Positions 37,891 to 51,806 of a stretch of DNA of 64,000 bases are shown piece after piece. Each line of letters begins with the position of its first letter. The first letter of the stretch is position 1. The position numbers were made by a program, and so were the translations under genes. This DNA is from Octopus sinensis (taxonomy: Eukaryota). Under the pieces are notes generated by a model that made no database searches, was not told the origin of the DNA, and worked only from the letters and a program-made list of their open reading frames with translations. The stretch lies in contig NC_043000.1 in assembly GCF_006345805.1 (NCBI RefSeq), positions 125,488,001-125,552,000 on the forward strand, in the 5' to 3' direction.

Positions 37891-40800
37891 ACCTACATTA
37901 GCTTAACTTGTATATTTGCCTCCAGCCAACTCTTATTTCTGCAGACCCTGTATTCCTTCACTTAACATTGGATTTTAGGCAGTGGGTCTGGTCTGGTCTG
38001 GACACTCAATGTGTGTACCTATTATTATGTTATACAATATTTTGACATTTTCTTGCCTATTATGTTATATTATATTATAAAGTGGCTTAAGGCAAGCAAA
38101 GTTCAAGGAAATGGTGGTGGTCTTGGTAAAAATCAGTTCAATAAAGTCATATATTACAAGAGAATTTTAATCTTTAAAACATGGTTTTTCACTTGAGAGG
38201 AAATAATAGATGTAGTAAAAGATAATAGGACTGAAGACTGTAAAAGAACTAGAGAGGACAGATCAGCAGGCAGAGAGGATTGTAATAGGTCATAGGTCAA
38301 CAGGAAAGAAACAGCAAAAAAAAAAAAAAAAAAAGAAAAATCATTTTGTGATTCTCCCTTCTCTCAGTTAGTCACCTTCGTCTTACCTGTGGGTATCCTT
38401 GTACACTTGAAATATAAAAAATCATTTCTTATTTTGTAAACTTTTAATTAGTAAAGGTTTCCCTTTAATTTTGATTTCACAAATTATTATTTAGAAGTTG
38501 CTAATAGCGTTTCTAGTATTGTAATTTGTATATTGATCATAGGGATATAACAGACTTTTTTATTTTCTTTCTGTAGGTAGTCTGTATGTTAAGATTAAGT
38601 AGACTTTCTGACTCATACACTGGAGACAAAGCTTTTATCCCACAAAATTAATTCAATTGGCTTCTTGAATTTATTAATCTGTAAATAAAGGCAGCTAAGA
38701 ATCTCATTTGTAATGGTTAATGGCATAATATATTTTATACACACACGCATATATATATATATATATATAGTGTTTTATTTATTATGTATAATATTTATTG
38801 ATGATCAAAAGGATTATTCTTGAAAGGAATGAAGTCTTAAAGGAATTTATAGATAACCTTTTTATTTTTAATTGAATGTTAGTTACTTACTTGAATCCAG
38901 CTTAGCTTTTGTATTTCAAAAATCTCTGATAAACAAAAACATCAGAGCTTAGAAGCAATAATAATAGTTTTGGAAGTTTTTTTTTTTAATAATGTATTTT
39001 GGTTTCATTTATGTATGATGTGACATATATGTGTTACTAACATAAAATTAATAACTTTTAATTTCATTAAAAACACACTACTTAGAAAAAAACGTTGGGA
39101 AGGCATCTTTGAATTCTAAATTTCCATGGTAAAGGAAGGTAAAAATTGAGATAAAGGAAACAATACTGAAATGAATTTAAATTAAACATAAGCACAGGTA
39201 TGGCCATGTTCAGCAGTTCACCTTTTAAAATATGGTTCTGAGTTCAGTCTGTCTCATTGTATGGCATTGGGTGTGAGTCTTATGCTGTAGCCCAAGATTA
39301 GCCAATTCCTTGTTAGGAGAATTTGGTAGATAGAAAATGTGCAAAAGCCTCTGTGTGTAGAATGTATCTGGGAGGGGTATGTTTAGGTCTTGTCTTATCT
39401 ATAATACATCAAGTTGTATCTCTATGTCAAAAGGTCAACCCAGCCATTTGATAAATTGATTTTTAAAAAAACCCAGAAAAATGATACTAAACTAAACTAC
39501 TTATGAAGGTGATACCCCAACATGGCCACAATTCATTGACCAGAACAGAAAAAAAATTACCCCACGTTTATTCATTCTTACTATATGTTACTATTCCTTA
39601 TCGTTCACCAAGTATTGATTCTTCCACTGTAGAGATATATATTGGTGGAATTCAAACTCAGAACATAGAGAGGGACAAAATTCTGCTAAGCATTTTGCCC
39701 AGCCACTAACCATATAAATATATATATATAGCCTGTTTTTCACTCTAAGCCTTAATCAAAGTTAAGGTAAGTTTTAGATAGTCATTAACATATTTGGAAT
39801 GTTGTATATGCAAATTCTAACTCCTAGTTTTCAGTGACACATTAATTCATTTTGCAAATTTTTGCTTCATCTTATGGGTAGTCTTAATGCACAGCTAAAA
39901 TTAACCATTTCAAAAAAAAAAAAATGATTTACATGCATCTATTTTTGAAACCATAATGTCTTCGGCTTGGGTAGATGGAAATATTTGCTTCATGTGAAAA
40001 CTTGCATCACTTGGCATTTAAACTTTATTAAAGAGCTTTGCATGATATTCTTAGTGTCTTATGCAACATTTATTTCTCCCCCTGCACAGCAGCATTCAAG
40101 CAGTTCCCAAAGTACGCTCTCCTTCACAGGATATGTGAGTAAAGAAAATACTTTTGACTTTTTTTGTTTAAATAATGTGGCTTGCTTTTTGAATCATGCA
40201 TGATTTATTGAAAAATATTCCCCATATCTAAAAGATGGCTTCAAAGTTTGTTTTACGTTTTTACACATGATTTTGTTTTTCTTCGTATCACTCCATGTAT
40301 CAAATTAGACATGTTAGTTAATGAATTCAGACATTAGGCACAAATTTATTTTGATGGCGTCATCCTCAGTTTTTAAGGACACAATTTAGTCATTCCAGAT
40401 GTAGTTGCATGAAGTTGATGCTTTGTGAAAACAAATTTGGAATGCTTCTGTTTGTTATATCAACATAGAAACTTCACATACCTGCCTGTAATTGACATTA
40501 ATTGCATAAATGATTGATTCGGCGATAAAGTTTAATGTTCCAAGATTTTACTTACCTGTCAGTATCTATCTATTGATTTTAAGCTATGTACTCCTACATG
40601 ATTATCAGCACACAATCCTTACTCATTCATTAGTCATTGTAGATAGTTATTACTGTTACAAATTATCTGAATTTTTGATAGTTAATTTAATTTCACAGTA
40701 GGAAGTTGATATAGATAATGATATAGGCATTTTATTATGATACCTTCCCATGAAACCAAATTGACACTGTGAGTATTCTTAAGAAATATGGTTTATCAAA

Positions 40801-40992
40801 ATTAACAAAAGTAAGTTAGTTAATCAGAAATTCCAAAGAAATAAAAACATCCATTGAATTACTCACTACTCATTTTAAATATAATGTTGAAATATCCATG
40901 GAAACATTTATATTAGTATTTTGATTCTCTTTGAATGATATTCAGTGGGAATCACATTTTGCAACAGATTTAATTAGTAAGATTATTCACCT

Positions 40993-41428
40993 CTCTCTTT
41001 TTACTCTTTTATTTGTTTCAGTCATTTGACTGTGGCCATGCTGGAGCACTGCCTTTAGTCGAGCAAATTGACTCCAGGACTTATTCTTTGGAAGCCTAGT
41101 ACTTATTCTATCGGTCTCTTTTGCCAAACCACTAAGTTACGGGGACCTAAACACACCAGCATCAGTTGTCAAGCGATGTTGTGGGGGACAAACACAGACA
41201 CACAAACATATACACACACATACATATATATATATATAATATATATATATATATATACATATATACGACGGGCTTCTTTCAGTTTCTGTCTACCAAATCC
41301 ACTCACAAGGCTTTGGTCCGCCCGTGGCTATAGTAGAAGACACTTGCCCAAGGTGCCATGCTGTGGGACTGAACCCGGAACCATGTGGTTAGTAAGCAAG
41401 CTACTTAACACACAGCCACTCCTATGCC
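40993..41428 (-). mobile_element. Full-length SINE family A
   Basis: Reverse complement of 15612-16003. Confidence 0.9.
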
Positions 41429-43343
41429 CATAAATTTCAAAAAAAAAATTCCTATGGGTTTCCAAGGCTCATCTGCACCCCAGTTGAGAACCACTGCTTT
41501 AGGGTCTCAATCAAGTAACTAATATCTAAACTAAAACCTAAATTCTTGTAAATTTGGCACAAAGTAGAGTAAAACAATGAGGCTCAGAAAATAAGGAAAA
41601 ATTACAGCTAAGCTGATACTGTGTGAATGCTGTAACAGGTGTGCATTTTTAGTGTGTACAAGCTCTTTTAGTAAATTTATATCCTCAGCCTTTTCTGAGT
41701 TCTTATATAGTTCAGAGTTACATTATGCATTCAGCAGACATTTCATGTTCTTACATATGTTCTAAAGGTCCACATTTTCCCCTGATATACAATAACACAC
41801 TTCTGACACATAAGTCACACAATGCCTTTTTAGTATAAAAGATTAAAGAGATTCGAGAATTTGAAGATAAGACGAAAAACACTATTGACCACAGTGTAAG
41901 ATTAATCAAAGAAAAAGTAGTGGAAACTTGTTATTGAACAGTGTTGTGCTAAATGAGATAAAGAAAGAAAGGAAGAAAAATAATATATTAATATATAATG
42001 ACTTTGGAAGAATGACTCAGCAGAGAAAATAGTTTGTACTGTTCATATTGATCTACAGAACAAAATTCTATTTTAACCTTTTAAGATATCTGGTTGAAAT
42101 GAATTTCTTTTGTTACAGTTTTATTGATAATTTATTTTTATAAAATGTTTTGTATGTCAGAGATATTATGTTACTGATATAGCCAGTTTGTTTTGAGTTC
42201 CTTCATATCACTCTTTTGTCTTTAATATTCTATCTATATTAGTATTTGTTTTAGCTCCTTAACTTTACTGTTTTTGTTTGTAACAATCTTTGTTAGTATT
42301 TCTCTCCCTGCTCTTTTTCTATTTTCTTCATTTGAGGAGGGGAGCTAACAAATGGCTTACCTGAACAAAAATGAAATAGTACAAGTAGAAAGATATATTT
42401 TTTTTTGCAATACGTAAGTACTGATAGAAGAGCATATATAGGATAAGATCCTTACAGAGCAGGAAAAATTTGTCAGCAACTAGTCATATGATGTAAAAAT
42501 GAAATAATTTACCAGGTTATCTTATAACTCTTTCACTCATTTCAGTCATTGGTTATGGCCATGAGAAGGCATGACCATGATCAGCAATGGTTTAGCCAAT
42601 CATATTGACCCCAGCATTTATTTCCATTTGGCATTTGTTTTATTGATGTCTATTTGTCGAATTGCTAAGTAATGTGATAGAAAGAGAAAGTGGCACAATG
42701 CAATCAACACTAGGTTTTAGACATGGATGGTCTCACACACACACACACACATGCATACATAAAAATATGCACTTGCTGAGCTTCTGTGCAGTTTCTGCCT
42801 ATCAAATTGCACCAATGTAATATTGGTTGACCTAATGGTATAGTAGAACACATTTATCCTAAGTACCATTCAGTGGTATTGAACTCATTATGAAATGGTT
42901 GCAAAGTGAACTTTTTAAACTCATAACTATGCCTATACATATCATATATCTATGTAACTATTTACCATATTAGAAATATTTTACATATGAAAGGGGTTAA
43001 TAATTGTGTGTGTGTGTGTGTGTATGCACATAGGCATACTTATAGCAATGTCTCTATTATGCATTCCATTATATATGCTGATCTAGATAAGTTCCCTTCT
43101 ATAATTATACACTTAGAGCATTGTATAGAAATAATTTAATCAATATTATTACATTGAAATAAATTACAAGAATCTATAAAGCCATAAATTCTATATGCAT
43201 GTGTGTATATACCTGTGTGTTGTATCACCGTGTTTCGTAACTATGTGAGTGTACAATGATGAAATTTGATTTAAACAATGTTAAAATCTATTTCGATACT
43301 TCTAATTTTCATGTTGCTGGCTTATATATTTTTGTTTCTTTAG

Positions 43344-43469
43344 ATTTACATTTTCAATTTAAATCCTGATTGGCTTTGCCTATGCAACAAGCAGCTCTTA
43401 GTAAATTCCTTTCAGAATGATCATTATCTGGAAACTACAGTTGTCTCACTTTTAATGATTGTATTTCAG
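43344..43469 (+). other. Candidate 126-nt symmetric exon
   Basis: ttttgtttctttag acceptor and CAG|gtaatc donor; phase-0 frame open for 42 codons (IYIFNLNPDWLCLCNKQLLVNSFQNDHYLETTVVSLLMIVFQ), not recognised. Confidence 0.25.
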
Positions 43470-43659
43470 GTAATCAAGGAATGAATTATGCTATTTATTC
43501 TTGGGTTCTGGTGCTATTTGTTCTATGATTAGCTGCTAAGAACAGTGACTTCTTCTACAGTAAACCTAGCTTGTATGATGAATTCTTTAGGAGGTTATTT
43601 TTATTTATTTCTATAAATCATTCTTTTTTTAATTTTAATCAATTTATAACACATAATGT

Positions 43660-43922
43660 GAGGGTGCATGGCCTAGCGGTTGGTGGTGTTGCACTCACAG
43701 ATTGCAAGATCATGGTTTCAATTCCAGCACTAGGTAGTATGTAGTGTTCATGAGTAAAACACTTTATTTTACATTGCTTCAGTCCACTCAGCTGTCAGTG
43801 AGTACCCTGCCATAGACTGGCAGCCTGTTCAGGAGGAATATATTGGTTTTGGTCACTCACATACCATAGAAACCAGATAACTGGCCCCATGAGTCCTAGG
43901 AATCAAAACAATGATGTTCAGC
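43660..43922 (+). mobile_element. tRNA-derived SINE family D
   Basis: tggcctagcggttgg A box and ggtttcaattcc B box; colinear with 17778-18020. Confidence 0.75.
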
Positions 43923-44241
43923 AAACCTGCTTTACTTTTTATTTTCTATAATATGAAATACCCCTTAGTTGTTGTAAGAATTGTATACATTTGTCTATCA
44001 TTTCATTTCAAAAAGGATTATGGTATGAAATACTTAAAATAAAATTTTCTTCTGTTTAATTAGTCACACAAAGCAACATTTAATAAGACATGCATGTACA
44101 ATCATATTTAACACATTCATGTTTGCTTGGATATGAAAAGGCACTTTGCAGTGGAAATATTCGCCACATAATTATGATCTTTTCAATGACTTCTTTCTAG
44201 AACTATTTGTCTTCATTTTTGTGTCTGGTATTTATATGCAT

Positions 44242-44465
44242 TTAACCCTTTCATTACCAACATGGCTGAAACTGCCTCTGGTTCTGAGTACAAATGTCTT
44301 ATTTTTATAAGTTCTGAATTAAAATCTCCCACCAAACCTTAGTCACAATTTATGTTCATAACACTAGTTAAATGATAACTAAGTTATTTTACTAAATTCT
44401 TTGTTATATTTAAAGTAATTGAAAGAAACACAAAGCATCTCCAAATACAGTAATGAAAGGGTTAA
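44242..44465. mobile_element. piggyBac-type MITE (family 1), TTAA-flanked
   Basis: TTAA-CCCTTTCATTAC...GTAATGAAAGGG-TTAA terminal inverted repeats. Confidence 0.85.
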
Positions 44466-45609
44466 GAGTGTGTGTGTGTGTGTGTGTGTTATGTTGCAGT
44501 ATGTGCTTATGAGTGCCTATGTATGTATGTGTTTTCTTTTGTTTTTATGTGCATGTGTGTGTATAAGTTAAGCAGAAATTACTGAGTGTCACATACAAAA
44601 ATTTCTAAATTAAAATTACCCTTTTAAGTGGAGTTTGGGGAAAAAAACACAAAATTAACAGCTACTGTTTGTGACTACCAAAGAAAAGTTGATTTACTTG
44701 TTTAGGTAACTTAAAATCCAATTTTAGTTTGCAGGTAAGGACAGCTATGGGCATGTTCAGCCTATTAAAACTCATCAGCATAGTATAGTTGTAACAAACC
44801 TGTCAGTCATTTAGTATCAGTTTCTAGATATAGAAATTGAGTTATAAATAATTTGTAATAAGTATGATTTGCATAATTAAAGATCAAATGAGGTAAAGGA
44901 AACAATTGAACAAGGTGATTGGCTTGAATTTGGATAATTGAATTAATTAAGGTGGTTATGTATGGAGTGCTATATAAGAAAATATGTGAATTGAAATTTG
45001 CCTCTTTGTTGGTGAAAGAAAACAAAATGCCCGAGGCAATTGCTAACATCTCTCTCGAAGAGGGGAGGTAATTTTAAGAAATTACAAATAATTCTCTTAA
45101 AGTTTATTTTACATATTGAAGTAGAAAGTCTTCGCAGTGTAACTTCTATACCAAAGCTTTGCCTATTTTTCCATTTCCAGCTTAAAGAGAGCTCAACAGA
45201 TAGCTATATTTACAAAACCTTTGTACAATATAATTAATAGTAATAAGAATTTTATGCAATTAAATTTTAACAACAAAATTAATTCATTATTAGCAAAATA
45301 TATCACAGTTGGTAATAGAAAGAATTTAGGAAAATATTAAAAAATGTAACACATTACTTCACACATAGTTAGCACGTTTGTTAAATTGCCAATTTTATTA
45401 TATATTTTGTTGTAATCAAATTTTATCATTACAAAATTTAATTGAAAATATAATTGAAATTTTATGAAGTACAATCACTGCTATCTGTTGAAATTCTCCA
45501 CGGTTAGAGATAGAAAAGTAACTCAGAGCTTTGATGGACAAAAGTAGGTTGCTGTTCAAAATTATATGAGCGTCAAGGGAAGCCTAATCTTAGTCCGAAA
45601 TAAAGGACA

Positions 45610-45651
45610 ACTGTGAACATGTTTCGGGCTATTACACCTCATCAGCATTGT
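45610..45651 (-). ncRNA. Degenerate minimal hammerhead (Penelope-type)
   Basis: Minus strand: tg CTGATGA ggtgtaatagccc GAA ACATGT t ca. Canonical core and palindromic stem III, but stems I and II are weak. Confidence 0.4.
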
Positions 45652-45821
45652 ATGGTCTGCTCAAGCCAGCTTGACCAGTTGACAGTACAGCTTTCAGTAC
45701 AAACCTCTTGTTTCTGCCATGCCTTTGGCATATTTCACTTTACATGGATAGTATTATAATCTATTACAAAACCTTTTTTCCAAATTTTAAGCCCCCAGAA
45801 TTAGGGGGTTCCTTATACACA

Positions 45822-46049
45822 TTAACCCTTTCGTTACTGTATTTATTTTGGGATGCTTTGTATTTCTTTTAATTACTTTAAATATAACAAAGAATTTAGT
45901 AAAATAACTTAGTTATCATTCAGCTAGTATTAGAAACATAAAATGTGACTAAGGTTTGGTGGAAGATTTTAATTCAAAACTTATGAAAACAAGACATTTG
46001 TACTCAGAGCCAGAGCCAGTTTCAGCCGGGTTGGTAACAAAAGAGTTAA
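45822..46049. mobile_element. piggyBac-type MITE (family 1), inverted relative to 44242-44465
   Basis: TTAA-CCCTTTCGTTAC...GTAACAAAAGAG-TTAA; internal sequence is the reverse complement of the 44.2-kb copy. Confidence 0.85.
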
Positions 46050-46945
46050 AATCTGATAATTGTTTACTTATGCAAATTATAATGGCCAAAATATTATCCG
46101 TAATTCATTTTCTGAATGTCAAAATCATTATCAACTGGTGTGAGCAGACTTTAGTATGCTGATGAGATCTGATAGGCTGAAATATTCCTTGGTTATCCCT
46201 CCTAGGATCAGATTATCTTTTCCCTAAACATGTAAATAAACTTTGAAATTGTTTTCTTTTAATTGCAAGCCATTAATTTCACAAGGATTGTTTTTTTTTA
46301 TCTCCATCTAAAGAAAAAATTTCCTTAAAAATTTTTTTTACATAATATCTCCAGTTCATTGCTCCTTATTTATCCAAATTTATGCCATGGCTCCATTTGA
46401 TTTATTTCCCTTGGCTCATTTTTTTAAAAGTATGTGGGTGTGAGAGCATTCATTCATCTTTTTTTTTTAGTGAGTTTTTCCAAGCTAGTATGGATTATAC
46501 AATTCCATAATATTGTTGAGCTATTACTTAAGCTTGCTATCTCTAACCTGAGGTTACATGAAAAGACAAGTGCCAAAGGTGTTGCACTCTAAGGTTGAAT
46601 CCCACGCTATGTGATTAACTTCTAAGCAAACAGTTTTATCTAGCTATGTATGTGTGTGTGTGTGTGTGTATAAAAATAAGGATAAGATTGATATTTAAAT
46701 ATCGTACTTATCAAGTGGCTAGCATGGGAATAAAAACCTTCAAAGGTAATGACTATTATTAAAATTCTTATGCATTTCTTATGCAGAGTCAGAAATCTGG
46801 GATCTGGAATTATCCGATAATTTTTTACTAGTTTATTTTGTCTTTTTGTCTTCTCTCCTGGTGCTGTATGAATTTTTAATGTGTCTTTAGAGTCAAGTTT
46901 TGGCTGCTATTTCAAGTGTGGTGGTATCTCTTAGATAGCCTAAAT

Positions 46946-46990
<45 letters not shown>

Positions 46991-47414
46991 TCATTGTTTA
47001 ACGTCCATTTTCCATGCTAGCATGGGGAATATATATAAATCATGTTATACTGGTTTCATTTCATTATTACAACTATATATCACACACAATCTCTTACATG
47101 TGTTTATTGTCAATGGTTCTGTGAACTGGATAGGTAGTATGTTGTTTTAATTTTCAATGCCATCTGTTTTTTTGTGGTTAGTTACTGTCTAGCTCTCCTA
47201 CTGGTCAGTTTATCCATTCATATACATGCACGCGCAGGTATTTCTGTGCTTGCATATAGATACCTGCTTACACCCATACACTCAAACATTTCTCTGTGTG
47301 CGTGCATGCATGTATGTGAGTGTGTGCGTGTCTTTGTTACTAAATATACATACACACACATATACAGACATAATATTCACACCCACCCATGCAGATAGAG
47401 AATATAGAGAATGT

Positions 47415-47770
47415 GCAGGTGGATCTGTATATTTAGAAAGTCTACCCCATAACCACATGGCTTCAGGTTCAATCCTATTCTGTGGCAATTTGGGCAAATG
47501 TCTATTACTATAACTATGTGTTAACCAAAGCCTTGTGTATGGATTTATTATATATGTATATGTTTGTGTGTCTGTATTTGTCCCCACAATGTCGCTTGAC
47601 AACCGATGCTGGTGTGTTTACATCCCTGTAACTTAGCGGTTTGACAAAAGGAACCAATAGAATAAGTACTAGGCTTACAAAGAATAAGTCCTGGGGTCGA
47701 TTTGCTCGATTAAAGGCAGTGCTCCAGCATGGCCGCAGTCAAATGACTGAAACAAGTAAAAGAATAATAG
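47415..47770 (+). mobile_element. SINE family A, degenerate 5' half and well-conserved 3' half
   Basis: 47550-47770 is very close to 15770-16000. Confidence 0.85.
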
Positions 47771-48527
47771 AATATATATATTCAAGATGTTTGTTAAATC
47801 CCCACATGTGTGTGTATGGGGCATGTGTGTGTGGGTGGGTATATGTGTGTGTATGTATATATGTGTGTATGTATATAATGTGTGTGTGGGTATAGTAAAG
47901 TTAATGCTTGGATTGCTTCTATATTTATGAACCTGTAAAGATGAAAAGTAAAGTTGATCTTGACAGGATTTGAACTTAGTGGCAGATAGCTTAAACAGTT
48001 TCCTAAAAGCATTTTATATATGCTCTAATGCTGCTGCCATTTTCTTAATTTTACTGCAAACATTTATTAACCATAAAACAAGTGCACTTCAACCTGTAAG
48101 GTGTGTTTTCCATGGCAGAATGACCCTTTTCAAAGTGCAACAAAATTGAATTATCTACTGAAATACATTTCTGAATTGCTGTATTTATGGGATTTTTGCT
48201 ATATTTATTCAATATAAAATCAAAATTGTGCTTCAGCTTGGGAAGTCTTTTGCTATTTCAATCCCTTTTATACTTTCCTTCTTGAATATGTAACATGACA
48301 AGGTTAAATTCTTTGCCTGCAATGCATTTCGTAAGATATTAGCTGTGACTGGTAATTGATTATATGGCAAGTAAGTGGAATGAAATGGCTGGGTTCAGGT
48401 TGCTGGAATCCTCTGACCTTTCTACACTCTTCACCTGGTTTTTAGTATAGTAAACATTTTAGAATATAATTAAAATTCAGCTTAAATGTTAATCTGTCAT
48501 TGGACTGCAGTTTTTTTCTTGCTTTTT

Positions 48528-48865
48528 ATTGCCAATGTCACCTGTGTGGCTCTTGTGCCAGTGGCACGCAAAAAGCATCATTTGAGTGTGGTTGTTGCCG
48601 GTGCCACCTGACTGGCTCCCATGTTGGTGGCACATAAAAGCATTCTTCAAGTGTGGTCGAAAGCAGACTGGCCCCCGTGTCAGTGGCACATGGAAAGCAC
48701 CCACTACACTCTCAGAATGGTTGGTATTAAGAAGAGCATCTAGCTATAGAAACCTTGCCAGATCAGACTGGAGCTTGGTGCAGCTTCCTGGCTTGCCAGT
48801 CCTCAGTCAAACCATCCAACCCATGCCAACATGGAAAGCGGACGTTAAACAATGATGATGATGAA
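48528..48865 (+). mobile_element. SINE-like family E
   Basis: About three gcca/tggcac subrepeats, the shared tail module and (GAT)n. Confidence 0.8.
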
Positions 48866-49427
48866 AATTTGACTAATTTTGCATTAAAATTAAATAATTA
48901 TAAGAATTTAAACTGACACAGTAATACTGATAAACTCTAAAAGAAGATGCTTTTTCTTTTTCACCTTTGGTGAATGTAACTTTGACAAGAATGAATTGAT
49001 GTCATCAGACAGTATATAATGACCATTGAGTGTCTTAACCCTGAACCATAACATCTTCCCATTGGTGAGCCAGTAGTGGTGGCCAAATCACTGCTCATCA
49101 TTTCCTTCTGGCTCAACTCTTCTTTCTTGCTCCATAGACTAGTAGGAGACTCTTTCTACTGCCTCTCCTATCCTCTACACTGTTTGCTTTTTCCTATTAT
49201 TCCAAGAGGAGAAAATGCAAAAGTTAGCTGTATTGCTATGAATTAAAAATCTAAGCTATTAATTTTTAGTAATGTTAAGGTTTAGATTTTGTTGTAAATA
49301 AATTTATACTCAGGGCTAACAATGACTCACTGTACTTCTGCTTTAGACAGGAATATTATTAGTCTTTTGATTTTTATAACAATTAGCAAGCTCACAAGAA
49401 ATTATCATGTTATATAACTTTATCTTC

Positions 49428-49656
49428 CATCTTTACTTGTTTCAGTCATTAGACTGCGACCATGCTGGAGCATCACCTTGAATTTTTAGTTGAATGGATC
49501 AGCACCATTACTTTTTTTTTTTCATAAGTCTGGTATTTATTCTGTTGGTCTGTTTTGCTAGCGAGACTGCTAAGTTACTGGGATGTAAACACACCAGCAC
49601 CAGTTGTCAAGCAATGCTGGATCCCCCACCACCACCACCACAAACATACACACGCA

Positions 49657-49715
<59 letters not shown>

Positions 49716-49877
49716 AAGGATGGGCTTCTTTCAGTTTCTGTCTATCAAATTCATTCACAAGGCTTTGATTGTCCCAAAGCTATAAAATACACTTGCCCAA
49801 AGTGTCACACAGTGGGACTGAACCTGGAACCAAGTGGCTGGGAAGCAAGCTTCTTACCACACAATTATGCCTGCTCC
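49428..49877 (-). mobile_element. SINE family A whose internal (TA)n(CA)n tract is a duplication breakpoint
   Basis: Reverse complement of family A; its 5' half is repeated at 51224-51386. Confidence 0.8.
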
Positions 49878-50297
49878 TATTTACTTCAAGCTTTATTCTA
49901 ATCACCACAGACTTAAACATGTTAAATGAAGTCTTATTATTTACTTGTTACCTGTACAGCGATATGATTTCTGTAATCAGTAGCATCTGTTAGATGCAAT
50001 AGATATTAGGTGGGAAGAATTTTTGTTTTACTTCCATATATATATTTTTATTGTGAATTCTGGATTCAATGGAAGCAGTTTGTTGTCAGTTAATATGTGG
50101 CTTCTTTGTTAGTGATTTGTTTATGTTTTGGATAAAAGGAAGCTGATTTGCTTTAGAGAGCAGAATCTTTGAATAAATACCAGACGGCCTCTTGTGGACA
50201 GTTGAATAAGATTGTGGAAAATATATGATGATTGGAAAGACGACAAAAGTATTTTTATGAATTCAATTTTTACCATTATTTCTCTAACTTCTTACAG

Positions 50298-50327
50298 TGA
50301 ATCGTCTGTTGTTATGCAAATATAGCT
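50298..50327 (+). other. Candidate 30-nt microexon, copy 1
   Basis: ctctaac branch point, ttcttacag acceptor and gtaagt donor; only the phase-1 frame is open (xNRLLLCKYS). Confidence 0.4.
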
Positions 50328-51155
50328 GTAAGTATCATGCATTAACTTTACCATAAAGTCTACTGAAAAGACTTCATCATTTGGCTACATTTCTTCAAAT
50401 AGCTTTCCTTTAGAAGCCTTCTTTTCTTGCTATCAGATTTATTATTGATTTATCCAGTTCTTTCTGAAGTCTTTAGAAACGGATGATGAAAGATGGCCGT
50501 GTCCTATAATAAAACACCTGATCGAAGCTTTTCACTTTAATCAGATATTGTAAATGTGCAGGATATGCATTGCAGCAAGCTTTCTGCAAATGCTTCCTTG
50601 AAGAAACATCACATAACCACCGACATAATCTTTCTGATTACTACTGGGAAACGTGTGATTTTGTCATAAAAACTATATTCAAAGTTCAATTTCAGGCTTT
50701 AAACATAAATGTCACATTTTATTCCCAATTTCTTAAAACAATTTCTTGCAGCCCATATTAGTGTTTGAGTTAGTGGAAGCTGCAGAATGAATATGTATTT
50801 TTATATTTCTATGAAGATATATGAAAGTGTATATATATCAAATATATATAAGAATATATATATATGTGTGTGTTATCATTTCCAAGAGAATTTCCTGTAT
50901 TGATTGTTTATCTATTGTCACAGAAAATTATTAACTTCAAGAAATAAGCAACTTTATCTGTTTCCATTTTTGCTAATCTTCAAACTGTAATGTTCATCAG
51001 TGACAATTATGATATAAACAGAAATCTATAAATTCAATAAAATTTATTGGATATAAATTCTTTTGTTAACACATGAAATGAAAGTAATAATTTCCTTTCA
51101 TTTCATTTATTGTATGCATGTGTGTGTATGTATGTATGTATGTATGTGTGTATAT

Positions 51156-51224
<69 letters not shown>

Positions 51225-51806
51225 AAGGATGGGCTTCTTTCAGTTTCTGTCTATCAAATTCATTCACAAGGCTTTGATTGTCCCAAAGCTATAAAATACA
51301 CTTGCCCAAAGTGTCACACAGTGGGACTGAACCTGGAACCAAGTGGCTGGGAAGCAAGCTTCTTACCACACAATTATGCCTGCTCCTATTTACTTCAAGC
51401 TTTATTCTAATCACCACAGACTTAAACATGTTAAATGAAGTCTTATTATTTACTTGTTACCTGTACAGCGATATGATTTCTGTAATCAGTAGCATCTGTT
51501 AGATGCAATAGATATTAGGTGGGAAGAATTTTTGTTTTACTTCCATATATATATTTTTATTGTGAATTCTGGATTCAATGGAAGCAGTTTGTTGTCAGTT
51601 AATATGTGGCTTCTTTGTTAGTGATTTGTTTATGTTTTGGATAAAAGGAAGCTGATTTGCTTTAGAGAGCAGAATCTTTGAATAAATACCAGACGGCCTC
51701 TTGTGGACAGTTGAATAAGATTGTGGAAAATATATGATGATTGGAAAGACGACAAAAGTATTTTTATGAATTCAATTTTTACCATTATTTCTCTAACTTC
51801 TTACAG

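Noticed and set aside
42355-42395. Minus-strand pyrimidine tract plus CAG|GTAAGC
   Set aside because: Opposite to the inferred transcribed strand; kept only as a warning that such motifs arise by chance.
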